DNA of 64,000 bases, from NCBI GenBank assembly GCA_963743525.1, contig CAVUQH010000003.1, positions 320,001-384,000 of the forward strand. Direction: 5' to 3'. How positions within the stretch are numbered: the stretch's first letter is position 1; each line of letters opens with the position of its first letter. Shown here in pieces: positions 1 to 11,558 of this stretch. Below the pieces are notes generated by a model. It was not told the DNA's origin, did not search any database, and saw only the letters and a list, made by a program, of their open reading frames with translations. Position numbers and translations under genes: made by a program. The stretch is from an uncultured delta proteobacterium. GTDB taxonomy: Bacteria > Myxococcota_A > Polyangia > Haliangiales > Haliangiaceae.

Positions 1-32
1 GCTTTGGTTCGCAATGCCCCTGGCCCGTGGAA

Positions 33-346
33 TCAGCTGCGCAGGAGATCGATCCACACGTCGCCGTCGACGATCGACACGCGAAACCGACGTAAGCGCA
101 AATCCGGGTCGTGGGTGCAGCCGCCGGTGGACAGATCGAAGCTGTAGCCGTGGCCGGGGCAGATCACGCGGCCGCCGTCAACGTCGCCGTCGAGCAGCGA
201 CACCTCCTCGTGGGGACAGATGCTGCCCGCCGCCACGATTCGTCCGTCGACCCGGGTGACCATCACCGGATCGCGCAGGCCGTCGACGGCGACCCCGAGC
301 AGCTCGCCGTCGGGCACCTCGTCGGCGCGGCAGACCCGCACCCGCA

Positions 347-347
<1 letters not shown>
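33..347 (-). CDS. Rieske [2Fe-2S] ferredoxin
   Basis: CPH...CPGH Rieske motifs; ATG overlaps the upstream TGA. Confidence 0.9.
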
Positions 348-1179
<832 letters not shown>

Positions 1180-1183
<4 letters not shown>

Positions 1184-2119
1184 CCGACGCGGATCCTCGG
1201 ATCCGCCAGGCCATAGGCCAGGTCGACCAGCAGGTTGACGATCACATAGATGACGGCGATGACCAGCACCGTGCCCTGGACCATGGGGAAGTTGCGCTCG
1301 GAGATGCCGTCGAGCAGCAGCGTGCCCAGCCCCGGCCGGGCGAACACCTTCTCGGTGATGATCGCCCCCGACAGCATCGACCCGAACTGCAGGCCGGCGA
1401 CGGTGATCACCGGCAGCAGCGCGTTGCGCAGGGCGTGGTGGAGCAGCACCCGGCGCCCGGGCACGCCCTTGGCCCGGGCGGTGCGGATGTAGTCCTCGCC
1501 GATGACCTCGACCAGCGACGATCGGGTCATGCGCGCGAGCATCGCCATCAGGTGCACGCCGACGACGATCGACGGCAGCACCAGGGCGCCCGGCGCGTTG
1601 GGCTCGGCCGGCCCGGGAAGCCAGCCCAGGTAGCCGAAGAAGATCAGCAGCGCCAGCGGTGCCATCCACACGATCGGCATCGAGATTCCGGCCAGCGACA
1701 CGAACGACGCGATGGTGTTCAACCCAGGTGCCGCGGCGGGCGGCGGCGAGCACGCCCAGCGGCAGCGCCAGGAGCAGCGCCACCGCCATGCCGCCCATCG
1801 CCAGCCAGAAGGTGTACGGCGCTACCTCGACGATGCGGGCCATGACCGTCGGCTTGTGCGCCGGGTCGGGGCACTGCTGGCCGAGCGAGCCGTTGACGAT
1901 GTTGCGGGCGAAGATGCCCAGCTGCCGGGGCATGCTCTCGTCCAGATGCAGGCAGTGGGCGATCTCGAGGCGCGTGGCCTCGTCGGCGTCGCCGCCGGCC
2001 AGCTGGTCGACCGGATCGCCCGGTACCAGGTGCAGGAACAGGAACACCAGCAGCGACGCGCCGGTGACCGCGAGCAGGCCGGTCCCCAGCCGGCGGAGAA
2101 TGAACGAACCGATCGACAT
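1180..2119 (-). CDS. ABC peptide transporter permease (DppB/OppB-like), one +1 frameshift at ~1720
   Basis: N-half (VPGDPV) in one frame, C-half ([15 protein letters not shown]) in another; join at TWV/DTI. Confidence 0.88.
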
Positions 2120-2185
2120 GGCGCGATCGGCTTCAGGCTATCAGCCCGCGGCCGAGGGGCCAGTTTCCGCAGGTGGATCGCGGCG

Positions 2186-2677
2186 CTACGTCTTGGGCGT
2201 AGTCGTGGCGCAGAACGCCTGCAGCGTGTCGGGCGCCGGCTTGGACGGGTCGAGGACCGGCTCGCCCCCGTGGTTGACCATCAGGCTCTCGTCGCGGCAT
2301 TCGTAGCCGTCGCGGCAGTCGCCGTTGCCGCCGCACTTGCGCATGCAGTAGCGGACCTCGGCGGAGCGCGGGACGCAGAAGCCGCCCAGGGTGCACAGCT
2401 CGTCGGGCGTGCAGTCGCTGTCGGTGGCGCAGCTGACGTCGGTCTGGGTGACCGGGAAGAAGCGGACGCAGACAGCCTCGCTGGGGCAGGTGTCGTAGTC
2501 GCAGCCGCGGATGGTGCAGTAGCCCCCGGGCGTGTTGCTGGGCGGATCGCAGATCCGCTCACCGGTGGGCGAGCAGTCGGTCGAGATCGAGCAGCTGTCG
2601 CCGATTTGATTGCCGCAGCCGGCCAGGAGGGCGGCGAGGGCAAGGCCGAGGAACGTCGTGCGCACGGAGAGCGGCAT
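2186..2677 (-). CDS. Cys-rich lipoprotein
   Basis: LLAGC lipobox; repeated CxxxxDC motifs. Confidence 0.8.
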   Translation of the reverse strand: MPLSVRTTFLGLALAALLAGCGNQIGDSCSISTDCSPTGERICDPPSNTPGGYCTIRGCDYDTCPSEAVCVRFFPVTQTDVSCATDSDCTPDELCTLGGFCVPRSAEVRYCMRKCGGNGDCRDGYECRDESLMVNHGGEPVLDPSKPAPDTLQAFCATTTPKT

Positions 2678-2753
2678 ACTAGTCGCGGGTTCGACCCGAG
2701 GCAAGCACGAGCGGTTGCCTTTCCCTGCAAAATCCCTGTAATTTCGCGAGGCA

Positions 2754-3206
2754 ATGAGATCAGTGGTGCAGCGGGTAACCCGCGCCGAGGTCATCGTGGA
2801 CGGCGAGACGGTCGGCCGCATCGGCCGCGGCCTGCTGGCCCTGGTCGGCGCCGGCACCGGGGACGACGAGGCCGACGCCCGCTACCTGGTGGACAAGCTG
2901 GCCAACCTGCGGATCTTCCCCGACGACCACGGAAAGATGAACCGCTCGGTCCTGGACGTCGGCGGCGGGGTCCTGGTGGTGTCGCAGTTCACCCTCTACG
3001 GCGACGTCCGCAAGGGTCGCCGGCCGGCGTTCCTCGACGCCCTCGAGCCGGGCCGGGCGGCCGAGCTGTGCGAGCTGGTGGCGGACGGCCTGACCGCCGC
3101 CGGCGTGACCCAGGTCGCGACCGGCCGCTTCCGCGCCCACATGGAGGTCGAGCTGGTCAACGACGGCCCGGTCACCATCCTCATCGACTCCCGCAAGCAG
3201 TTCTAG
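2754..3206 (+). CDS. dtd: D-aminoacyl-tRNA deacylase
   Basis: VVQRV, SQFTL, NDGPVT motifs. Confidence 0.97.
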   Translation: MRSVVQRVTRAEVIVDGETVGRIGRGLLALVGAGTGDDEADARYLVDKLANLRIFPDDHGKMNRSVLDVGGGVLVVSQFTLYGDVRKGRRPAFLDALEPGRAAELCELVADGLTAAGVTQVATGRFRAHMEVELVNDGPVTILIDSRKQF

Positions 3207-3242
3207 CCGAGGGGTTGGCCCCGGGGGCGAATTGGATCTAAC

Positions 3243-4538
3243 GTGCGCGCCTTCATGAGGGGAGTCATTCGGGGGGGCGGGCTCGGTCTGCTCGCGCTCG
3301 CGCTGTTGACGCTGGGAGCGCGTGCGGCGGCGGCCTCGCCGCTGGATCTGTTCGGCTTTGGCGGCCGCTCACCGGCGATGGCCGGCACCGGCGTGTCGAC
3401 CGCCACCGGCTTCGACGCCACCTGGATCAATCCCGCCGGCCTGGCCGACGTGCAGCGCAAGCGCGTCACGTTCGGCTACATGTACGGCGACTTCGCGCTG
3501 AACTTCGACGGCAAGGGCACCGGCACCGACCCGGTGCAGGGGCTGGTCTTCGGCGGCGCGCTGCCGATTCCGCTGGGCGGGTTCATGCACGACCGCGTCG
3601 GCCTCGGCCTCGGCTTTCACGTGCCGCCCAACTCCATCAACCGCGCGCGCCACCCGTTTCCCGGCGACCCGGTGTACGAGCTGCTCGAGACCCGCGGTCA
3701 CGTCGTCGGCATCCAGGCCGCGGTCGGCGTCGTCGCCACCGACTGGTTGCGCGTCGGCTTCGGCGTGCAGGCGCTGGCGACGCTCGACGGCACCATCCAC
3801 GTCTCCACCGACGCCGCCGGGCGCTTCACCACCAAGAGCGAGCAGGAACTGATCACCCGCTTCGCCCCGCTGATCGGGGCGCGCCTGCGCGGGCCGACGC
3901 GACACACCCAGCTCGGCCTGGTCCTGCGCGGCGAGGCCAAGACCGCCTACCAGATCATCGTCACCAACGATCTGATCAAGTCGCTGCCGCTGACGGTGCC
4001 GACGTTGACCATCGGCGGCACCTCGCAGTTCGATCCGCTGACCGTCGCCGCCGAGCTGGCGTGGGAAGCGACCGGCGACGTCCGCGTCGAGGGGCAGCTG
4101 GCGTGGCAGAACTGGTCGGCCTATCCGCTGCCCACGATCAACCCGGTGATGAACGATCCGCCGCAGGATCCGCCCAACTTCCACGACACCGTGGTCCCGC
4201 GCCTGGGCGTGCAGTGGATGCTGCTGCGCGATCGCGAAAAGGGCGTGGCGCTGCGCGGTGGCTACGCTTTCGTGCCCACGCCGGCGCCGGAAGCGACGGG
4301 CCGCCAGTCGATGCTCGACAACAGCCGCCACGTGCTGTCGGCCGGCCTGGGCGTGCAGCTGCCCGGCACCGTCGCGCCGCTGCACCTGGATGTGTGGATG
4401 CAGCTGCACCTGCTGGTGCCGCGGCGCAACACCAAGGACCTGTCCAACTACGGCCCCGACGACGTGCTGCCGTTCTACACCATCGAGACCGGCGGCCACA
4501 TCGTGGTCGGCGGCGCCACCCTGGGAGTGGACATCTGA
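3243..4538 (+). CDS. FadL/OMPP1-like outer-membrane beta-barrel transporter
   Basis: Signal peptide, FGFGGRSPAMAG...NPAGL N-terminus, amphipathic beta strands. Confidence 0.75.
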   Translation: MRAFMRGVIRGGGLGLLALALLTLGARAAAASPLDLFGFGGRSPAMAGTGVSTATGFDATWINPAGLADVQRKRVTFGYMYGDFALNFDGKGTGTDPVQGLVFGGALPIPLGGFMHDRVGLGLGFHVPPNSINRARHPFPGDPVYELLETRGHVVGIQAAVGVVATDWLRVGFGVQALATLDGTIHVSTDAAGRFTTKSEQELITRFAPLIGARLRGPTRHTQLGLVLRGEAKTAYQIIVTNDLIKSLPLTVPTLTIGGTSQFDPLTVAAELAWEATGDVRVEGQLAWQNWSAYPLPTINPVMNDPPQDPPNFHDTVVPRLGVQWMLLRDREKGVALRGGYAFVPTPAPEATGRQSMLDNSRHVLSAGLGVQLPGTVAPLHLDVWMQLHLLVPRRNTKDLSNYGPDDVLPFYTIETGGHIVVGGATLGVDI

Positions 4539-5863
4539 TGCGCGCCGCCACCCTCACCGCCGCGCTGCTGTGCGCGTTGTCGGCGCCGGCCGCGGCCAAC
4601 CCGGTTGACCTGTTCGGCTTCGGCGCGCGCGGCCCGGCCATGGGCACGGCGCAGACCGCGGCCGCCCAGGACGGCGGCGCCAACTACTACAACCCGGCGA
4701 TCCTGGCGACGTTCCCCGACATTCGCATCGACGTCGGCTACCAGTACGCGCAGCCGACCATGCTCATCGACGGCCAGGACGTCGGCGACGATGCCTCGCG
4801 CGGGATGGCGGTCAGCCTCAACGTGCCCGGTCGCATCGGCTCGGTGCGGGTCGCCTTCGGCGGCGCGCTGCTGATCCCCGACGAGCACCTCAGCCGGGTG
4901 CGCACGCTCAACAGCCAGCAGCCGCGCTTCCAGATGTACGACAACCGGCCGCAGCGGCTGTTCCTGGCCGCCAACCTGGCCGCCGAGATCACCGACCGGC
5001 TGTTCGTCGGCGGCGGCATCGCCTACATGTCCAGCACCAGCGGCGGCGTCTACCTGGTCGGACGAGTCGGCTTCCCCGACGCCGAGGACTCCAACCTGGC
5101 CGTGGCCATGGACGTCGACCTCAAGACCGTGCGCTACGGCCAGGCCGGGGTGCTGTTCCGCCTCAACGACTGGATCGATCTGGCCATGTCGTATCGCAGC
5201 CAGTTCAAGGTGACCCTGTCGCAGGACTTCATCGTCACCGGCGCGGTCGGCCCGGCGGGCGGCATGCCGGTGGTGGACAACGGCTACCTGGGGCTGAGCT
5301 CGAAGGCCGAGGATCTGTTCCAGCCGGCGCAGGTGACCTTTGGCGCCAGCGCCCAGCTCACGCCGCGGCTGTCGATGGCGTTCGACGCCACCTTCCTGCG
5401 CTGGTCCAAGTTCACCAACCCGGCCGCGCACATCAACCTCGACCTCGACATCGGCGACTTCAACACGCTGGTCGACATTCCGCCGGCGCCGCCGCTGCCC
5501 GATCCTCACTTCTCCGACACCCTGTCGCCGCGCCTCGGCTTCGAGTACCTGGCCTACACGTCGAAGAAGCACGACGTCACCGCCCGCGCCGGCTACATCT
5601 ACGAGCCGACGCCGGTGCCGGATCAGTTCGGCGAGACCAACTTCATCGACAACGACAAGCACACGCTGTCGCTCGGCGGCGGGCTGACCCTGCGCGGCTT
5701 CAGCGCCGTGTTCCGCAAGCCGCTCGACATCGACGCCTACGTCGCCTACACGATGCTCGAGCCGCGCACCACCGAGAAGCTGTCGCCGGTCGACCCGATT
5801 GGCGACTACCGCGCGACCGGCCACGTCCTGGCCGCCGGGGTGCAGACGAGGTGGAGGTTCTGA
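4538..5863 (+). CDS. FadL/OMPP1-like outer-membrane transporter (paralog)
   Basis: FGFGARGPAMG...YYNPA; C-terminal Phe; TGATG coupling. Confidence 0.78.
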   Translation: MRAATLTAALLCALSAPAAANPVDLFGFGARGPAMGTAQTAAAQDGGANYYNPAILATFPDIRIDVGYQYAQPTMLIDGQDVGDDASRGMAVSLNVPGRIGSVRVAFGGALLIPDEHLSRVRTLNSQQPRFQMYDNRPQRLFLAANLAAEITDRLFVGGGIAYMSSTSGGVYLVGRVGFPDAEDSNLAVAMDVDLKTVRYGQAGVLFRLNDWIDLAMSYRSQFKVTLSQDFIVTGAVGPAGGMPVVDNGYLGLSSKAEDLFQPAQVTFGASAQLTPRLSMAFDATFLRWSKFTNPAAHINLDLDIGDFNTLVDIPPAPPLPDPHFSDTLSPRLGFEYLAYTSKKHDVTARAGYIYEPTPVPDQFGETNFIDNDKHTLSLGGGLTLRGFSAVFRKPLDIDAYVAYTMLEPRTTEKLSPVDPIGDYRATGHVLAAGVQTRWRF

Positions 5864-6837
5864 TGCGCGGGACCCGATTGCTGGCGCTGGTGCTGGCGCT
5901 CGGCGGCTGCGGTCTGGGCATCACCGACAGCCCGTCCGGCGGCGCCGACAACCTGCCGACCTCGGGTGCCGGCCCGTACGGCAAGCCGGAGCTCGACTTC
6001 GACACCCCGGCCGACGAGCCGTTCGTGGTCGAGGACGACAGCGGCAACCTGTACGACCCGGCAGTGCTGCGCCGCGACGACGGCGGCTTCCTGTTGTGGA
6101 TGGGCCGCCAGCTGGACAACGTGTTCGACCAGTCCGAGATCTGGCGCGCCGAGATCCCCAGTGTCGAGGATCTCCCCGACGTGCCGCCGACCCCGGCGAT
6201 GCTGCCCGACCAGAGCTGGGAGGTCGGCCGGGTGGCCGCGCCGGCGGTGATCGAGGACGGCGGCCGGCTGGTCATGTATTACGAGGGCGGCGCCCCGGAC
6301 GCGCCGTCGATCGGCCGGGCCGAGTCCGCCGACGGCGGGGTCACCTGGCAAAGAGCGGCCGGCAACCCGGTGCTGGCCGACGCCGCCGAGCCGACCGTGG
6401 CCCACGTCGACGGCCAGTGGTACCTGTACGTCACCCGGCCGGGGCAGGTTGGCATCTTCCGGGCCACCAGCGCCGACGGCCTGGCCTTCGCCCTGGACCC
6501 CGGTCCGGTGATCCAGCCCCGACCCGACCTGCCGGGCGCCTTCGACCCGGTCGCCGTCTCCGATCCATTCGTGATCGCTGGGCGAACCGAAGCGGGGCAG
6601 CTCCACTGGGCGATGTTCTTCAACGGCATCGACGCCACCGGCGATGCCGCCATCGGCTACGCCGGGTCGTTCGACGGGGTCGTCTGGGAGCGGTTCGGGG
6701 GCCCGGATCCGGTCCTGACCGACGGCAGCCCGTCCGAAAATGGCCCGACCGCGGTGCTCGAGCCGACCCGCGGGTTCCTCTTCTACCAGCAGATCGGGCA
6801 GCAGCGGCAGCGCATCGCCGTGGCGCTGCACCCGTGA
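5863..6837 (+). CDS. Lipoprotein, glycoside-hydrolase-like beta-propeller
   Basis: LGGC lipobox; Asp-box-like SADGGVTW, SADG, SFDGVVW repeats. Confidence 0.65.
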   Translation: MRGTRLLALVLALGGCGLGITDSPSGGADNLPTSGAGPYGKPELDFDTPADEPFVVEDDSGNLYDPAVLRRDDGGFLLWMGRQLDNVFDQSEIWRAEIPSVEDLPDVPPTPAMLPDQSWEVGRVAAPAVIEDGGRLVMYYEGGAPDAPSIGRAESADGGVTWQRAAGNPVLADAAEPTVAHVDGQWYLYVTRPGQVGIFRATSADGLAFALDPGPVIQPRPDLPGAFDPVAVSDPFVIAGRTEAGQLHWAMFFNGIDATGDAAIGYAGSFDGVVWERFGGPDPVLTDGSPSENGPTAVLEPTRGFLFYQQIGQQRQRIAVALHP

Positions 6838-6932
6838 TGTGGATCCGCAGATTTCGACATGTTAGATTGCTTGATGGGCTGGTCGAGGCGGTGGGGGCTG
6901 TCCGCGCCCGGCCCGAGTGAAAGTCGGGAGGA

Positions 6933-8722
<1,790 letters not shown>

Positions 8723-8744
8723 GCGCAGCTTTGCCCGTAGCGAG

Positions 8745-8858
8745 GCGAGGGCGTAGCTGCGCGAGCAGATTGGGCCGCACCCCCGCAGCGACCGAGGGAG
8801 CGGGCTGAAGCCCGTGACCGAAAGAGCGAGGAGGTACGGCGCAAGACGCCGCGCAGAT
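8745..8858 (-). repeat. Dispersed hairpin repeat, copy A
   Basis: Reverse complement matches 26757-26870 with ~9 mismatches over 114 nt. Confidence 0.9.
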
Positions 8859-8871
8859 CCGTCCTCGGCCG

Positions 8872-9799
8872 CTACGGGACGACGACGAACTCGCGCTGCA
8901 TGAGGCTGACCAGGTGCTGCGCGGCGTCGAGGTCGGGGCCCGGGTAGTAGTCGAGCACTGCCTGCAGCTGACCGTGGTCGAGGACCAGCTGGAAGGTGTC
9001 GAGCTCCTCGGGCGACAGCTCGCGCAGCTTGCCGGCCAGCGGCGTCGGCACGGCCAGGGCCGAGTCGCGCGGCGGCAGCCGGTTTTCGATCTGGCGCAGC
9101 TCGTCGAGCTGGCGCACGCCCTCCATGAGCAGGGCCTCGGTCGACTCGCTGACCTCTTCCATCACCTGCATCTCGACCGACGGCGACAGCTCGAAGGTGC
9201 CGCTCTGCCAGGTCAGCATGCGGTAGATCGCCTTCTGCGGGCTGATGGCGAAGTCGTCGTTGATGGCGGCGAAGTAGATCTGACCCTTGCGCAGGTAGAT
9301 CTTGCCGATGGCGTGGGGCGCCGCGATCATCAAGACGCCCGACTTGCGGCTGGTTGACAGGAGCTGCAACAGGTCCGGCAGCGGGATCTCTTCGATGACG
9401 CCCGACATCGGCCGGCCGGAGGTGGACTGGCGGTTGGCGCCGGCTTCCAGGCGGCGGCGCGCCTCGGCCTCGGAGGTGTTGTCGGCGCTGGCGTCGACCG
9501 CGACCATCTTGATGATCGACGTGCCGACGAGAATGCGGTCGCCTTCGACCAGGCGCGAGCGGGTCACCTTCTCGCCGTTGACGAAGGTGCCGTTGGTCGA
9601 ACCCGAGGTCCTGGATGTAGACCTCCGCGTCGGTGGTGGAGATCTTGGCGTGACGCCGCGACACCATGTCCTCGACGAGAACCATGTCCAGGTCGCTCGA
9701 GCGACCGATGATGATCTCTCGGTTCATCCGAAGGGGGAATTCACCTCCTTGGTACTTCCCCGAGATGAAACGGAGCGCAAACCGCGGTCGATCTTGCAT
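8872..9799 (-). CDS. FHA + DUF4388-like domain protein, +1 frameshift at ~9600
   Basis: IIGR...VSRRHA...DLG/STNGTFVNG split over two frames; LPDLLQLL...KSG. Confidence 0.85.
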
Positions 9800-9876
9800 T
9801 TTCCCTGTCTGTACGGACCCTTACGAGGAAGATACAGTGTTGGCGCGGCACGGGGCAAGTTGCCGCGAACAAATCC

Positions 9877-10752
9877 CTACTCGGTGCCGGCTCTTCTCCG
9901 GCGAGGACGGGCTCGTGTCGACCCTTCCTCGTCGTCGTCCGAGACGGCGCGCACCGGGGATTCCGGGCGCAGGATTCCCATCAACCGCTTGTACACCATC
10001 GGCGAGACCACCAGGCTCGAATGGCCCAGTGGGACCGTTACGGCGTGGGCATCGCGCAGGCGCGTCGACGGCAGCGGGCAGACCCAGTCGCGGGCTGCGG
10101 CCACGGTGTGGACCTCGACACCGGGCGGTATCGGCCCCTGGGCCAGCTCGTCGAGGAAGCGGCTGCGGGGCAATAGCTGCCACGACGAGGTTGACAGCAT
10201 GCCCATGGTGACCACGCCGAGCAGCGCCGCCCAGGTGCCCTTGACCGGCGATCCGATCATCAGCAGCTTGCGCACGCGGGTGTGGCCGCCGAGCTTCTTG
10301 ACGTAGTAGAGCCCGATCAGGCCGCCCATCGAGTGGCCGATGATGTCGATCTTCTCGACCGCGGTCTGCGCCAGGATGCGCTCGATCTTGCGGTGGATGA
10401 GGAACGCCGAGCGGCGGATGTCGCGGGTGTTGAAGGTGCCCAGGTTGAACGAGAAGACCGTGATCCCCTCTTCCTGCAGGCGCCGCTCGAGCACGTACAT
10501 CGAGCCGCGGGTGCCGAGGAAGCCGTGGATCAACAGCACCGGTGGCTGGCCGTCGACGGTCTCCGCGACGTGCTCGAGGTTGACGCGCTGGCGGATGCGG
10601 TTGCCCCGCGCCAGATGGCGCAGGTAGGCCAGCCCGTGGCGGCCGCCGCGCAGATCCTGGCGCAGCTCGCTGGAGCCGCCCAGCCATCGCGACGGCGCCC
10701 GCGCCAGCCAGCGAAGGAACCACACACCCTGCCGGTCGGACAACTTCGCCAT
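9877..10752 (-). CDS. Alpha/beta hydrolase (lipase/esterase)
   Basis: LLIHGF, GHSMGG. Confidence 0.88.
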   Translation of the reverse strand: MAKLSDRQGVWFLRWLARAPSRWLGGSSELRQDLRGGRHGLAYLRHLARGNRIRQRVNLEHVAETVDGQPPVLLIHGFLGTRGSMYVLERRLQEEGITVFSFNLGTFNTRDIRRSAFLIHRKIERILAQTAVEKIDIIGHSMGGLIGLYYVKKLGGHTRVRKLLMIGSPVKGTWAALLGVVTMGMLSTSSWQLLPRSRFLDELAQGPIPPGVEVHTVAAARDWVCPLPSTRLRDAHAVTVPLGHSSLVVSPMVYKRLMGILRPESPVRAVSDDDEEGSTRARPRRRRAGTE

Positions 10753-10756
10753 GGTG

Positions 10757-11404
10757 CTAGCGGAGATCGCGGAAGCCTTCACCACTGAGCTCGGAGCACT
10801 TCATGGCGTAGGCATGGGCGGCGGCGCCCTGGCTGGGGTATTCCACGACTTCCCAGCGGCCCTCGGTGCCGACGGTGCCAGCGCGCGTGATCAGGTAGCT
10901 GGCGTCGCGATAGATGAGCACGAAGTCGTTGCCGCGGCGAAGAGAGCGCGAGTCGCCGGGCGGCGCGATGCCGGGCGGCGACGCCGGCGACTCCGGCGCG
11001 CGGGCGGTGTCGATCTGGTTGTGCCTGGGCATCTCGGCGAACTCCGGCTCGCCGCTGTCGCCCGCGGGCGCCGGTGCCGGCGCCGGCGCAGGTTCTGGCG
11101 CGGGAGGCTGCTTCGCCTCGGGGGCGTCGGCCCTGGCGGTCTTGTCGTCCTTGGGCACGTCGGCCTTGGCGGCCTTGTCGTCCTTGGAGACGTCGGCGTG
11201 GCCCTTGTCGTGCCCGGGGGCGTCGGCCTTGTCGTCCTTGGAGACGTCGGCGTGGCCCTTGTCGTGCCCGGGGCCGTCGGCCTTGGCGGCCTTGTCGTCC
11301 TCGTGGGCGTCGGCCTTGGTCGCCTTGTCGTCCCTGGGGGCGCCGGCGTGGCCCTTGTCGTCCTTGGAATGGGAGTCTGCGCTCGCCTTGTTCTTGTCGG
11401 CCAT
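10757..11404 (-). CDS. Low-complexity D/K/H repeat protein with WGR-like C-terminal domain
   Basis: DDK(G/A)xxAD repeats; RAGTVGTEG...EGF. Confidence 0.6.
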   Translation of the reverse strand: MADKNKASADSHSKDDKGHAGAPRDDKATKADAHEDDKAAKADGPGHDKGHADVSKDDKADAPGHDKGHADVSKDDKAAKADVPKDDKTARADAPEAKQPPAPEPAPAPAPAPAGDSGEPEFAEMPRHNQIDTARAPESPASPPGIAPPGDSRSLRRGNDFVLIYRDASYLITRAGTVGTEGRWEVVEYPSQGAAAHAYAMKCSELSGEGFRDLR

Positions 11405-11558
11405 GATTGCAGTCTTTCCGCAGCGCGGGTCGCCTGGCAAGGTTTTGACGCCGGCGCTGACCCGGTTGGCGGGTAGTTTCGCACGGACCCTCGTCCGAGC
11501 GCCAATGTCGTGAATTCATTGACACACCATCGGGGTCGCCCCTACCCTGATCCTGTCC

